Notes: generated by a model not told the origin, from the letters alone. DNA of 64,000 nt from Eledone cirrhosa (GCA_964016885.1 OZ024744.1:64914001-64978000); one strand, 5' to 3'. Numbered from the stretch's first letter, positions 48,001-62,400 are shown. Made by a program: numbers and translations.

Positions 48001-51000
48001 TGTTGTTGGTAGTGTTATTGTTGTTGGTGTTATTGTTGTTGGTGTTATTGTTGTTGGTGTTATTGTTGTTGGTAGTGTTATTGTTGTTGGTAGTGTTATT
48101 GTTGTTGGTGTTATTGTTGTTGGTAGTGTTATTGTTGTTGGTGTTATTGTTGTTGGTGTTATTGTTGTTGGTGTTATTGTTGTTGGTGTTATTGTTGTTG
48201 GTGTTATTGTTGTTGGTAGTGTTATTGTTGTTGGTGTTATTGTTGTTGGTGTTATTGTTGTTGGTGTTATTGTTGTTGGTAGTGTTATTGTTGTTGGTAG
48301 TGTTATTGTTGTTGGTGTTATTGTTGTTGGTAGTGTTATTGTTGTTGGTGTTATTGTTGTTGGTAGTGTTATTGTTGTTGGTGTTATTGTTGTTGGTGTT
48401 ATTGTTGTTGGTGTTATTGTTGTTGGTAGTGTTATTGTTGTTGGTAGTGTTATTGTTGTTGGTGTTATTGTTGTTGGTAGTGTTGTTGTTGTTGGTAGTG
48501 TTATTGTTGTTGGTGTTATTGTTGTTGGTAGTGTTATTGTTGTTGGTAGTGTTATTGTTGTTGGTGTTATTGTTGTTGGTGTTATTGTTGTTGGTGTTAT
48601 TGTTGTTGTTGGTGTTATTGTTGTTGGTAGTGTTATTGTTGTTGGTGTTATTGTTGTTGGTAGTGTTGTTGTTGTTGGTAGTGTTATTGTTGTTGGTGTT
48701 ATTGTTGTTGGTGTTATTGTTGTTGGTGTTATTGTTGTTGGTGTTATTGTTGTTGGTGTTATTGTTGTTGGTGTTATTGTTGTTGGTAGTGTTATTGTTG
48801 TTGGTAGTGTTATTGTTGTTGGTAGTGTTGTTGTTGTTGGTAGTGTTATTGTTGTTGGTGTTATTGTTGTTGGTGTTATTGTTGTTGGTGTTATTGTTGT
48901 TGGTGTTATTGTTGTTGGTAGTGTTATTGTTGTTGGTAGTGTTATTGTTGTTGGTGTTATTGTTGTTGGTAGTGTTATTGTTGTTGGTGTTATTGTTGTT
49001 GGTGTTATTGTTGTTGGTGTTATTGTTGTTGGTGTTATTGTTGTTGGTAGTGTTATTGTTGTTGGTGTTATTGTTGTTGGTGTTATTGTTGTTGGTGTTA
49101 TTGTTGTTGGTGTTGTTGTTGTTGGTAGTGTTATTGTTGTTGGTAGTGTTATTGTTGTTGGTGTTATTGTTGTTGGTGTTATTGTTGTTGGTGTTATTGT
49201 TGTTGGTGTTATTGTTGTTGGTAGTGTTATTGTTGTTGGTGTTATTGTTGTTGGTGTTATTGTTGTTGGTGTTGTTGTTGTTGGTAGTGTTATTGTTGTT
49301 GGTAGTGTTATTGTTGTTGGTAGTGTTATTGTTGTTGGTGTTATTGTTGTTGGTGTTATTGTTGTTGGTGTTGTTGTTGTTGGTAGTGTTATTGTTGTTG
49401 GTAGTGTTATTGTTGTTGGTGTTATTGTTGTTGGTGTTATTGTTGTTGGTGTTATTGTTGTTGGTGTTATTGTTGTTGGTGTTATTGTTGTTGGTGTTAT
49501 TGTTGTTGGTGTTGTTGTTGTTGGTAGTGTTATTGTTGTTGGTAGTGTTATTGTTGTTGGTGTTATTGTTGTTGGTGTTATTGTTGTTGGTGTTATTGTT
49601 GTTGGTGTTATTGTTGTTGGTAGTGTTATTGTTGTTGGTGTTATTGTTGTTGGTGTTATTGTTGTTGGTGTTATTGTTGTTGGTGTTGTTGTTGTTGGTA
49701 GTGTTATTGTTGTTGGTAGTGTTATTGTTGTTGGTGTTATTGTTGTTGGTGTTATTGTTGTTGGTGTTGTTGTTGTTGGTAGTGTTATTGTTGTTGGTGT
49801 TATTGTTGTTGGTAGTGTTATTGTTGTTGGTGTTATTGTTGTTGGTGTTATTGTTGTTGGTAGTGTTATTGTTGTTGGTGTTATTGTTGTTGGTGTTATT
49901 GTTGTTGGTGTTATTGTTGTTGGTGTTATTGTTGTTGGTAGTGTTATTGTTGTTGGTGTTATTGTTGTTGGTGTTATTGTTGTTGGTGTGTGTTGTTGGT
50001 GTTGGTAGTGTTATTGTTGTTGGTGTTATTGTTGTTGGTGTTATTGTTGTTGGTGTTGTTGTTGGTGTTTTGTTGTTGGTGTGTTGTTGTTGGTGTTATT
50101 GTTGTTGTGGTGTTATTGTTGTTGGTGTTATTGTTGTTGGTAGTGTATTGTTGTTGGTGTTATTGTTGTTGGTAGTGTTATTGTTGTTGGTGTTATTGTT
50201 GTTGGTAGTGTTATTGTTGTTGGTGTTTGTTGTTGGTGTTATTGTTGTTGGTGTTATTGTTGTTGGTGTTATTGTTGTTGGTGTTATTGTTGTTGGTGTT
50301 ATTGTTGTTGGTAGTGTTATTGTTGTTGGTGTTATTGTTGTTGTAGTGTTATTGTTGTTGGTGTTATTGTTGTTGGTGTTATTGTTGTTGGTGTTATTGT
50401 TGTTGGTGTTGTTGTTGGTAGTGTTATTGTTGTTGGTGTTATTGTTGTTGGTGTTATTGTTGTTGGTAGTGTTATTGTTGTTGGTGTTATTGTTGTTGGT
50501 GTGTTGTTGTTGTTGGTGTTATTGTTGTTGGTGTTATTGTTGTTGGTGTTATTGTTGTTGGTGTTATTGTTGTTGGTGTTATTGTTGTTGGTAGTGTTAT
50601 TGTTGTTGGTGTTATTGTTGTTGGTGTTTTGTTGTTGGTGTTATTGTTGTTGGTAGTGTTATTGTTGTTGGTGTTGTTGTTGTTGTGTTATTGTTGTTGG
50701 TGTTATTGTTGTTGGTGTTATTGTTGTTGGTGTGTTATTGTTGTTGGTGTTATTGTTGTTGGTGTTATTGTTGTTGGTGTTATTGTTGTTGGTGTTATTG
50801 TTGTTGGTGTTATTGTTGTTGGTGTTATTGTTGTTGGTAGTGTATTGTTGTTGGTGTTATTGTTGTTGGTGTTGTTGTTGTTGGTGTGTTATTGTTGTTG
50901 GTGTTATTGTTGTTGGTGTTAGTTGGTTGGTGTTATTGTTGTTGGTAGTGTTATTGTTGTTGGTGTTGTTGTTGTGTGTTATTGTTGTTGGTGTTATTGT

Positions 51001-54000
51001 TGTTGGTGTTATTGTTGTTGGTGTTATTGTTGTTGGTGTTATTGTTGTTGGTGTTATTGTTGTTGGTGTTATTGTTGTGGTGTTATTGTTGTTGGTGTTT
51101 TTGTTGTTGGTAGTGTTATGTTGTTGGTGTTATTGTTGTTGGTGTTTTTGTTGTTGGTAGTGTATTGTTGTTGGTGTTATTGTTGTTGGTGTTATTGTTG
51201 TTGGTGTATTGTTGTTGGTAGTGTTATTGTTGTTGGTGTTATTGTTGTTGGTGTTATTGTTGTTGGTAGTGTTATTGTTGTTGGTGTTATTGTTGTTGGT
51301 GTGTTGTTGTTGGTAGTGTTATTGTTGTTGGTGTTATTGTTGTTGGTGTTGTTGTTGTAGTGTTATTGTTGTTGGTGTGTGATTGTTGTTGGTGTTATTG
51401 TTGTTGGTGTTATTGTTGTTGGTAGTGTTATTGTTGTTGGTGTTATTGTTGTTGGTGTTATTGTTGTTGGTGTTATTGTTGTTGGTAGTGTTTTGTTGTT
51501 GGTGTTATTGTTGTTGGTGTTATTGTTGTTGGTAGTGTTATTGTTGTTGGTGTTATTGTTGGTTGTTGGTAGTGTTATTGTTGTTGGTGTTATTGTTGTT
51601 GGTAGTGTTATTGTTGTTGGTGTTGTTGTTGTTGGTTGTTATTGTTGTTGAGTGTTATTGTTGTTGGTAGTGTTATTGTTGTTGGTGTTGTTGTTGTTGG
51701 TAGTGTTATTGTTGTTGGTGTTATTGTTGTTGGTAGTGTTATTGTTGTTGGTGTTGTTGTTGTTGGTAGTGTTATTGTTGTTGATGTGTTATTGTTGTTG
51801 GTAGTGTTATTGTTGTTGGTGTTGTTGTTGGTAGTGTTATTGTTGTTGGTGTTATTGTTGTTGGTGTTATTGTTGTTGTAGTGTTTTGTTGTTGGTAGTG
51901 TTATTGTTGTTGGTGTTATTGTTGTTGGTGTGTTATTGTTGTTGTAGTGTTATTGTTGTTGGTAGTGTTTTTGTTGTTGGTGTTGTTGTTGGTAGTGTTA
52001 TGGTTGTTGGTGTTATGTTGTTGGTAGTGTTATTGTTGTTGTAGTGTTATTGTTGTTGGTAGTGTTATTGTTGTTGGTGTTGTTGTTGTTGGTAGTGTTA
52101 TTGTTGTTGATAGTGTTATTGTTGTTGGTAGTGTTATTGTTGTTGGTGTTGTTGTTGGTTGTGTTATTGTTGTTGGTGTTATTGTTGTTGGTAGTGTTAT
52201 TGTTGTTGATAGTGTTATTGTTGTTGGTAGTGTTGTTGTTGTGGTGTTATTGTTGTTGGTGTTATTTTGTTGGTGTTATTGTTGTTGGTGTTATTGTTGT
52301 TGGTGTTATTGTTGTTGGTAGTGTTATTGTTGTTGATAGTGTTATTGTTGTTGGTAGTGTTATTGTTGTTGGTGTTGTTGTTGGTAGTGTTATTGTTGTT
52401 GGTGTTATTGTTGTTGGTAGTGTTATTGTTGTTGATAGTGTTATTGTTGTTGGTAGTGTTATTGTTGTTGGTGTTATTGTTGTTGGTAGTGTTATTGTTG
52501 TTGATAGTGTTATTGTTGTTGGTAGTGTTATTGTTGTTGGTGTTGTTGTGGTAGTGTTATTGTTGTTGGTGTTATTGTTGTTGGTGTTATTGTGTTGGTA
52601 GTGTTTTTGTTGTTGTGGTGTTTGTTGTTGGTGTTATTGTTGTTGGTGTTGTTGTTGTTGGTTGTGTTATTGTTGTTGGTGTTATTGTTGTTGGTGTTAT
52701 TGTTGTTGGTAGTGTTATTGTGTTGGTGTTGTGTTGGTAGTGTTATTGTTGTTGGTGTTATTGTTGTTGGTGTTATTGTTGTTGGTGTTGTTGTTGTTGG
52801 TAGTGTTATTGTTGTTGGTAGTGTTATTGTTGTTGGTAGTGTTATTGTTGTTGGTAGTGTTATTGTTGTTGGTGTTATTGTTGTTGGTGTTATTGTTGTT
52901 GGTGTGTTGTTGTGGTAGTGTTGTTGTTGTTGTGTTATTGTTGTTGGTGTTATTGTTGTTGGTGTTATTGTTGTTGGTGTTTTGTTGTTGGTGTTATTGT
53001 TGTTGGTGTTATTGTTGTTGGTGTTATTGTTGTTGGTGTTGTTGTTGTTGGTAGTGTTATTGTTGTTGGTAGTGTTATTGTTGTTGGTGTTGTGTTGGTG
53101 GTGTTATTGTTGTTGGTGTTATTGTTGTTGGTGTTATTGTTGTTGGTAGTGTTATTGTTGTTGGTGTTATTGTTGTTGGTGTTATTGTGTTGGTGTTTGT
53201 TGTTGGTGTTGTGTTGTTGGTAGTGTTATTGTTGTTGGTGTGTTTTGTTGTTGGTGTTATTGTTGTTGGTGTTATTGTTGTTGGTGTTGTTGTTGTTGGG
53301 TGTTATTGTTGTGGTGTTTTGTTGTGGTAGTGTTATTGTTGTTGGTGTTTTGTTGTTGGTGTTATTGTTGTTGGTAGTGTTATTGTTGTTGGTGTTATTG
53401 TTGTTGGTGTTATTGTTGTTGGTGTTATTGTTGTTGGTGTGTTTTGTTGTTGGTGTTATTGTTGTTGGTGTTATTGTTGTTGGTGTATTGTTGTGGTGTT
53501 GTGTGTTGGTGTTATTGTTGTTGGTGTTGTTGTGTGTATTGTTGTTGGTGTTATTGTTGTTGGTGTTATTGTTGTTGGTGTTATTGTTGTTGGTGTTTTT
53601 GTTGTTGGTGTTATGTGTTGTTGGTGTTATTGTTGTTGGTGTTTTGTTGTTGGTGTGTTATGTTGTTGGTGTTATTGTTGTTGGTGTTATTGTTGTTGGT
53701 GTTATTGTTGTTGGGTGTTATTGTTGTTGGGTGTATTGTTGTTGTGTTTGTTGTTGGTGTTATTGTGTGGTTGGTTATTGTTGTTGGTGTTATTGTTGTT
53801 GGTGTTATTGTTGTTGGTAGTGTTATTGTTGTTGGTGTTATTGTTGTTGGTAGTGTTTGTGTTGTGGTGTTTTGTTGTTGGTGTTATTGTTGTTGGTGTT
53901 ATTGTTGTTGGTGTTATTGTTGTTGGTAGTGTTATTGTTGTTGGTGTTATTGTTGTTGGGGTGTTATTGTTGTTGGTAGTGTTATTGTTGTTGGTGTTAT

Positions 54001-56450
54001 TGTTGTTGGTGTTGTTGTTGTTGGTGTTATTGTTGTTGGTGTTATTGTTGTTGGTGTTATTGTTGTTGGTGTTATTGTTGTTGGTGTTATTGTTGTTGGT
54101 GTGTTATTGTTGTGGTGTTGTTGTTGTTGGTAGTGTTATTGTTGTTGTGTTATTGTTGTTGGTAGTGTTATTGTTGTTGGTGTTGTTGTTGGTAGTGTTA
54201 TTGTTGTTGGTGTTATTGTTGTTGTAGTGTTATTGTTGTTGAGTGTTATTGTTGTTGGTAGTGTTATTGTTGTTGGTGTTATTGTTGTTGGTAGTGTTAT
54301 TGTTGTTGTTGTGTTATTGTTGTTGGTAGTGTTATTGTTGTTGGTGTTGTTGTTGGTAGTGTTATTGTTGTTGGTGTTATTGTTGTTGGTAGTGTTATTG
54401 TTGTTGATGTGTTATTGTTGTTGGTAGTGTTATTGTGTTGGTGTGTTGTTGTTGGTAGTGTTATTGTTGTTGTTGTGTTATTGTTGTTGGTAGTGTTATT
54501 GTTGTTGGTGTTGTTGTTGGTGTGTATTGTTGTTGGTGTTATTGTTGTTGGTAGTGTTTTGTTGTTGTTGTGTTATTGTTGTTGGTAGTGTTGTTGTTGT
54601 TGGTGTTATTGTTGTTGGTGTTTGTTGTTGGTGTTTTGTGTTGGTGTTATTGTTGTTGGTGTTATTGTTGTTGGTAGTGTTATTGTTGTTGATGTGTTAT
54701 TGTTGTTGGTAGTGTTATTGGTTGTTGGTGTTGTTGTTGGTAGTGTTATTGTTGTTGGTGTTATTGTTGTTGGTAGTGTTATTGTTGTTGATAGTGTTAT
54801 TGTTGTTGGTAGTGTTATTGTTGTTGGTGTTTTGTTGTTGGTAGTGTTATTGTTGTTGTAGTGTTATTGTTGTTGGTAGTGTTATTGTTGTTGGTGTTGT
54901 TGTTGGTAGTGTTATTGTTGTTGGTGTTATTGTTGTTGGTGTTATTGTTGTTGGTGTGTTATTGTTGTTGGTGTTATTGTTGTTGGTGTTATTGTTGTTG
55001 GTGTTGTTGTTGTGGTAGTGTTATTGTTGTTGGTGTTATTGTTGTTGGTGTTATTGTTGTTGGTGTTATTGTTGTTGGTAGTGTTATTGTTGTTGGTGTT
55101 GTTGTTGGTAGTGTTATTGTTGTTGGTGTTATTGTTGTTGGTGTTATTGTTGTTGGTGTTGTTGTTGTTGGTAGTGTTATTGTTGTTGGTAGTGTTATTG
55201 TTGTTGGTAGTGTTATTGTTGTTGGTAGTGTTATTGTTGTTGGTGTTATTGTTGTTGGTGTTATTGTTGTTGGTGTTGTTGTTGTTGGTGTGTTATTGTT
55301 GTTGGTAGTGTTATTGTTGTTGGTGTTATTGTTGTTGGTGTTATTGTTGTTGGTGTTATTGTTGTTGGTGTTATTGTTGTTGGTGTTATTGTTGTTGGTG
55401 TTATTGTTGTTGGTGTTGTTGTTGTTGGTAGTGTTATTGTTGTTGTAGTGTTATTGTTGTTGGTGTTATTGTTGTTGGTGTTATTGTTGTTGGTGTTGTT
55501 GTTGTTGGTGTTATTGTTGTTGGTAGTGTTATTGTTGTTGGTGTTATTGTTGTTGGTGTTATTGTTGTTGGTGTTATTGTTGTTGGTGTTGTTGTTGTTG
55601 GTAGTGTTATTGTTGTTGGTAGTGTTATTGTTGTTGGTGTTATTGTTGTTGGTGTTATTGTTGTTGGTGTTGTTGTTGTTGGTAGTGTTATTGTTGTTGG
55701 TGTTATTGTGTTGGTAGTGTTATTGTTGTTGGTGTTATTGTTGTTGGTGTTATTGTTGTTGGTAGTGTTATTGTTGTTGGTGTTATTGTTGTTGGTGTTA
55801 TTGTTGTTGGTAGTGTTTTTGTTGTTGGTGTTATTGTTGTTGGTGTTATTGTTGTTGGTAGTGTTATTGTTGTTGGTGTTATTGTTGTTGGTGTTATTGT
55901 TGTTGGTGTTATTGTTGTTGGTAGTGTTATTGTTGTTGGTGTTATTGTTGTTGGTGTTATTGTTGTTGGTAGTGTTATTGTTGTTGGTGTTATTGTTGTT
56001 GGTGTTATTGTTGTTGGTGTTATTGTTGTTGGTAGTGTTATTGTTGTTGGTGTTATTGTTGTTGGTGTTATTGTTGTTGGTATGTTATTGTTGTTGGTGT
56101 TATTGTTGTTGCTGTTGTTGGTAGTGTTATTGTTGTTGGTGTTATTGTTGTTGGTGTTGTTGTTGGTAGTGTTATTGTTGTTGGTGTTATTGTTGTTGGT
56201 GTTATTGTTGTTGGTGTTATTGTTGTTGGTAGTGTTATTGTTGTTGGTGTTATTGTTGTTGGTGTTATTGTTGTTGGTGTTATTGTTGTTGGTAGTGTTA
56301 TTGTTGTTGGTGTTATTGTTGTTGGTGTTATTGTTGTTGGTGTTATTGTTGTTGGTGTTATTGTTGTTGGTGTTATTGTTGTTGGTAGTGTTATTGTTGT
56401 TGGTGTTATTGTTGTTGGTGTTATTGTTGTTGGTAGTGTTATTGTTGTTG
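45080..56450. repeat. Satellite phase 1: interspersed 15-bp (GGTGTTATTGTTGTT) and 18-bp (GGTAGTGTTATTGTTGTT) units
   Basis: Direct reading; plus strand nearly devoid of C. Confidence 0.97.
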
Positions 56451-59400
56451 ATAGTGGTGATAGTGGTGTAGTTGATGTTGTTGTTGTGGTGGTGGTGGTG
56501 GTGGTGGTAGTGTTATTGTTGTTGATAGTGGTGATAGTGGTGTAGTTGTAGTTGTTGTTGTTGTGGTGGTGGTGGTAGTGTTATTGTTGTTGGTGTAGTT
56601 GTTGTTGTTGTTGTGGTGGTAGTGTTATTGTTGTTGATAGTGGTGATAGCGGTGTAGTTGGTGTTGTTGCTGTGGTGGTGGTGGTGGTGGTGGTGGTGGT
56701 AGTGTTATTGTTGTTGATTGTGGTGATAGTGGTGTAGTTGATGTTGTTGTTGTGGTGGTGGTGGTGTTGGTAGTGTTATTGTTGTTGATAGTGGTGATAG
56801 TGGTGTAGTTCATGTTGTTGTTGTTGTTGTGGTGGTGGTGGTAGTAGTGTTATTGTTGTTGATAGTGGTGATAGTGGTGTAGTTGGTGTTGTGGTGGTGG
56901 TGGTGGTGGTAGTGTTATTGTTGTTGATAGTGGTGATAGTGGTGTAGTTGATGTTGTTGTTGTAGTGGTGGTGGTGGTAGTGTTATTGTTGTTGATAGTG
57001 GTGATAGTGGTGTAGTTGATGTTGTTGTTGTTGTGGTGGTGGTAGTGTTATTGTTGTTGATAGTGGTGATAGTGGTGTAGTTGTTGTTGTGGTGGTTGTG
57101 GTGGTGGTAGTGTTATTGTTGTTGATAGTGGTGATAGTGGTGTAGTTGATGTTGTTGTTGTGGTGGTGGTAGTGTTATTGTTGTTGATAGTGGTGATAGT
57201 GGTGTAGTTGATGTTGTTGTTGTGGTGGTGGTGGTGGTGGTGTTATTGTTGTTGATAGTGGTGATAGTGGTGCAGTTGTTGTTGTTGTTGTTGTGGTGGT
57301 GGTGGTAGTGTTATTGTTGTTGATAGTGGTGATAGTGGTGCAGTTGTTGTTGTTGTTGTGGTGGTGGTGGTGGTAGTAGTGTTATTGTTGTTGATAGTGG
57401 TGATAGTGGTGTAGTTCATGTTGTTGTTGTTGTTGTGGTGGTGGTGGTAGTGTTATTTTTGTTGATAGTGGTGATAGTGGTGTAGTTGGTGTTGTTGTTG
57501 TGGTGGTGGTGGTGGTGGTAGTGTTATTGTTGTTGATAGTGGTGATAGTGGTGTAGTTGTTGTTGTTGTTGTTGTGGTGGTGGTAGTGTTATTTTTGTTG
57601 ATAGTGGTGATAGTGGTGTAGTTGGTGTTGTTGTTGTGGTGATGGTGGTGGTGGTAGTGTTATTGTTGTTGATAGTGGTGATAGTGGTGTAGTTGTTGTT
57701 GTTGTGGTGGTGGTGGTGGTAGTGTTATTGTTGTTGATAGTGGTGATAGTGATGTAGTTGTTGTTGTTGTTGTTATGGTGGTGGTGGTAGTGTTATTGTT
57801 GTTGATAGTGGTGATAGTGGTGTAGTTGATGTTGTGGTGGTGATGGTGTTGGTAGTGTTATTGTTGTTGATAGTGGTGATAGTGGTGTAGTTGGTGTTGT
57901 TGTTGTGGTGGTGGTGGTGGTGGTGTTATTGTTGTTGATAGTGGTGATAGTGGTGTATTTGTTGTTGTTGTTGTGGTGGTGGTGGTGGTGGTAGTGTTAT
58001 TATTGTTGATAGTGGTGATAGTGGTGTAGTTGTTGTTGTTGTTGTGGTGGTGGTGGTGGTAGTGTTATTGTTGTTGATAGTGGTGATAGTGGTGTAGTTG
58101 TTGATGTTGTTGTGGTGGTGGTGGTGGTAGTGTTATTGTTGTTGATAGTGGTGATAGTGGTGTAGTTGTTGTTGTTGTTGTTGTGGTGTTGGTGGTAGTG
58201 TTATTGTTGTTGATAGTGGTGATAGTGGTGTAGTTGTTGTTGTTGTTGTAGTGGTGGTGGTGGTAGTGTTATTGTTGTTGATAGTGGTGATAGTGGTGTA
58301 GTTGATGTTGTTGTTGTTGTGGTGGTGGTAGTGTTATTGTTGTTGATAGTGGTGATAGTGGTGTAGTTGATGTTGTTGTTGTGGTGGTGGTGGTGTTGGT
58401 AGTGTTATTGTTGTTGATAGTGGTGATAGTGGTGTAGTTGATGTTGTTGTTGTTGTGGTGGTGGTGGTGGTAGTGTTCTTGTTGTTGATAGTGGTGATAG
58501 TGGTGTAGTTGATGTTGTTGTTGTGGTGGTGGTGGTGTTGGTAGTGTTATTGTTGTTGATAGTGGTGATAGTGGTGTAGTTGATGTTGTTGTTGTGGTGG
58601 TGGTGGTGGTAGTGTTATTGTTGTTGATAGTGGTGATAGTGGTGTAGTTGATGTTGTTGTTGTGGTGGTGGTGGTGGTAGTGTTATTGTTGTTGATAGTG
58701 GTGTAGTTGGTGTTGTTGTTGTTGTTGTGGTGGTGATAGTGGTGTAGTTGATGTTGTTGTTGTTGTTGTGGTGGTGGTGGTAGTATTATTGTTGTTGATA
58801 GTGGTGATAGTGGTGTAGTTGTTGTTGTTGTTGTGGTGGTGGTGGTAGTGTTATTGTTGTTGATAGTGGTGTAGTTGATGTTGTTGTTGTGCTGGTGGTG
58901 GTGGTGTTATTGTTGTTGATAGTGGTGATAGTGGTGTAGTTGATGTTGTTGTTATGGTTGTGGTGGTGGTAGTGTTATTGTTGTTGATAGTGGTGATAGT
59001 GGTGTAGTTGATGTCGTTGTTGTGGTGGTGGTGGTGGTAGTGTTCTTGTTGTTGATAGTTGTGATATTGGTGTAGTTGATGTTGTTGTTGTGGTGGTGGT
59101 GTTGGTAGTGTTATTGTTGTTGATAGTGGTGATAGTGGTGTAGTTGTTGTTGTTGCTGTTGTGGTGGTGGTGTTGTTAGTGTTATTGTTGTTGATAGTGG
59201 TGATAGTGGTGTAGTTGTTGTTGTTGTGGTGGTGGTGTTGTTAGTGTTATTGTTGTTGATAGTGGTGATAGTGGTGTAGTTGTTGTTGTTGTTGTGGTGG
59301 TGGTGGTGGTAGCGTTAATGTTGTTGATAGTGGTGATAGTGGTGTAGTTGTTGTTGTTGTTGTGGTGGTGGTGGTGGTAGTGTTATTGTTGTTGATAGTG

Positions 59401-62400
59401 GTGTAGTTGATGTTGCTGTTGTGGTGGTGGTGGTTGTAGTGTTATTGTTGTTGATAGTGGTGATAGTGGTGTAGTTGATGTTGTTGTTGTGGTGGTGTTG
59501 GTAGTGTTATTGTTGTTGATAGTGGTGATAGTGGTGTAGTTGATGTTGTTGTTGTGGTGGTGTTGGTAGTGTTATTGTTGTTGATAGTGGTGATAGGGGT
59601 GTAGTTGTTGTTGTTGTGGTGGTGGTGGTGGTAGTGTTATTGCCGTCGTTGTGGTGGTGGTGGTAGTGTTATTGTTGTTGATAGTGGTGATAGTGGTGTA
59701 GTTAATGTTGTTGTTGTGGTGGTGGTGGTGGTGGTAGTGTTATTGTTGTTGATAGTGGTGTTAGTGGTGTAGTTGATGTTGTTGTTGTGGTGGTGGTGGT
59801 GGTGGTAGTGTTATTGTTGTTGATAGTGGTGATAGTGGTGTAGTTGATGTTGTTGTTGTTGTGGTGGTAGTGGTAGTGTTATTGTTGTTGATAGTGATGA
59901 TAGTGGTGTAGTTGATGTTGTTGTTGTGGTGGTGTTGGTGGTGTTATTGTTGTTGATAGTGGTGATAGTGGTGTAGTTAATGTTGTTGTTGTGGTGGTGG
60001 TGGTGGTGGTAGTGTTATTGTTGTTGATAGTGGTGATAGTGGTGTAGTTGGTGTTGTTGTTGTGGTGGTGGTGGTGGTAGTGTTATTGTTGTTGATAGTG
60101 GTGATAGTGGTGTAGTTGATGTTGTTGTTGTTGTGGTGGTGGTGCTGTTATTGTTGTTGATAGTGGTGTTGTGGTGTAGTTGTTGTTGTTGTGGTGGTGG
60201 TGGTTGTGGTAGTGTTATTGTTGTTGATAGTGGTGATAGTGGTGTAGTTGTTGTTGTTGTTGTGGTGGTGGTCGTGGTGGTGGTGTTATTGTTGTTGATA
60301 GTGTTGATAGTGGTGTAGTTGATGTTGTTTTTGTGGTGGTGGTGGTAGTGTTATTGTTGTTGATAGTGGTGATAGTGGTGTAGTTGATGTTGTTGTTGTG
60401 GTGGTGGTGGTGGTAGTGTTATTGTTGTTGATAGTGGTGATAGTGGTGTAGTTGTTGTTGTTGTGGTGGTGGTGGTGGTAGTGTTATTGTTGTTGATAGT
60501 GGTGATAGTGGTGTAGTTGATGTTGTTGTTGTGGTGGTAGTGTTATTGTTGTTGATAGTGGTGATAGTGGTGTAGTTGATGTTGTTGTTGTGGTGATGGT
60601 GGTGGTGGTAGTGTTATTGTTGTTGTTGTGGTGGTGGTGGTGGTGTTATTGTTGTTGATAGTGGTGATAGTGGTGTAGTTGATGTAGTTGTTGTGGTTGT
60701 GGTGTTGGTAGTGTTATTGTTGTTGTTGTGGTGGTGGTGGTAGTGTTATTGTTGTTGATAGTGGTGATAGTGGTGTAGATGATGTTGTTGTTGTGGTGGG
60801 GGTGGTGGTAGTGTTATTGTTGTTGATAGTGATGATAGTGGTGTAGTTGATGTTGTTGTTGTGGTGGTGGTCGTGGTGGTAGTGTTATCGTTGTTGTTGT
60901 GGTGGTGGTGGTGGTGTTATTGTTGTTGATGGTTGTGATAGTGGTGTAGTTGATGTTGTTGTTGTGGTGGTGGTGGTGGTAGTGTTATTGTTGTTGATAG
61001 TGGTGTAGTTGTAGTTGATGTTGTTGTGGTGGTGGTGGTGGTGGTGGTGTTATTGTTGTTGATAGTGGTGATAGTGGTGTAGTTGTTGTTGTTGTGGTGG
61101 TGGTGGTGGTAGTGTTATTGTTGTTGATAGTGGTGATAGTGGTGTAGTTGATGTTGTTGTGGTGGTGGTGGTGGTGGTGGTAGTGTTATTGTTGTTGATA
61201 GTGGTGATAGTGGTGTAGTTGATGTTGTTGTTGTGGTGGTGGTGGTGGTGATAGTGTTAATGTTGTTGATAGTGGTGTAGTTGGTGTTGTTGTTGTGGTG
61301 GTGGTGGTGGTAGTGTTATTGTTGTTGATAGTGGTGATAGTGGTGTAGTTGATGTTGTTGTTGTTGTGGTGGTGGTGGTGGTAGTGTTATTGTTGTTGAT
61401 AGTGGTGGTAGTGGTGTAGCTGGTGTTGTTGTTGTGGTGGTGGTGGTGGTAGTGTTATTGTTGTTGATAGTGGTGGTAGTGGTGTAGTTGGTGTTGTTGT
61501 TGTGGTGGTGGTGGTGGTGGTAGTGTTATTGTTGTTGATAGTGGTGGTAGTGGTGTAGTTGGTGTTGTTGTTGTGGTGGTGGTGGTGGTGGTAGTGTTAT
61601 TGTTGTTGATAGTGGTGTAGATGATGTTGTTGTTGTTGTGGTGGTGGTGGTAGTGTTATTGTTGTTGATAGTGGTGATAGTGGTGTAGTTGGTGCTGTTG
61701 TTGTGGTGGTGGTGGTGGTAGTGTTATTGTTGTTGATAGTGGTGATAGTGGTGTAGTTGGTGTTGTTGTTGTTGTTGTGGTGTTGGTAGTGTTATTGTTG
61801 TTGATAGTGGTGATAGTGGTGTAGTTGTTGTTGTTGTTGTTGTGGTGGTGGTAGTGTTATTGTTGTTGATAGTGGTGATAGTGGTGTAGTTGATGTTGTT
61901 GTTGTGGTGGTGGTGGTGGTGGTAGTGTTATTGTTGTTGATAGTGGTGATAGTGGTGTAGTTGATGTTGTTGTTGTGGTGGTGGTGGTGGTAGTGTTATT
62001 GTTGTTGTGGTGGTGGTGGTGGTGGTAGTGTTATCGTTGTTGTTGTTGTGGTGGTGGTGGTGTTATTGTTGTTGATAGTTGTGATAGTGGTGTAGTTGAT
62101 GTTGTTGTTGTGGTGGTGGTGGTAGTGTTATTGTTGTTGATAGTGGTGATAGTGGTGTAGTTGATGTTGTTGTGGTGGTGGTGGTGGTGGTGGTAGTGTT
62201 ATTGTTGTTGATAGTGGTGATAGTGGAGTAGTTGATGTTGTTGTTGTGGTGGTGGTGGTGGTAGTGTTATTGTTGTTGTGGTGGTGGTGGTGGTGGTAGT
62301 GTTATCGTTGTTGTTGTGGTGGTGGTGGTGGTGTTATTGTTGTTGATAGTTGTGATAGTGGTGTAGTTGATGTTGTTGTTGTGGTGGTGGTGGTAGTGTT

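Noticed and set aside
45089-56471. Very long Leu/Val-rich plus-strand ORFs (795, 843, 946 aa and others)
   Set aside because: By-products of stop-free frames in a trinucleotide-based satellite.
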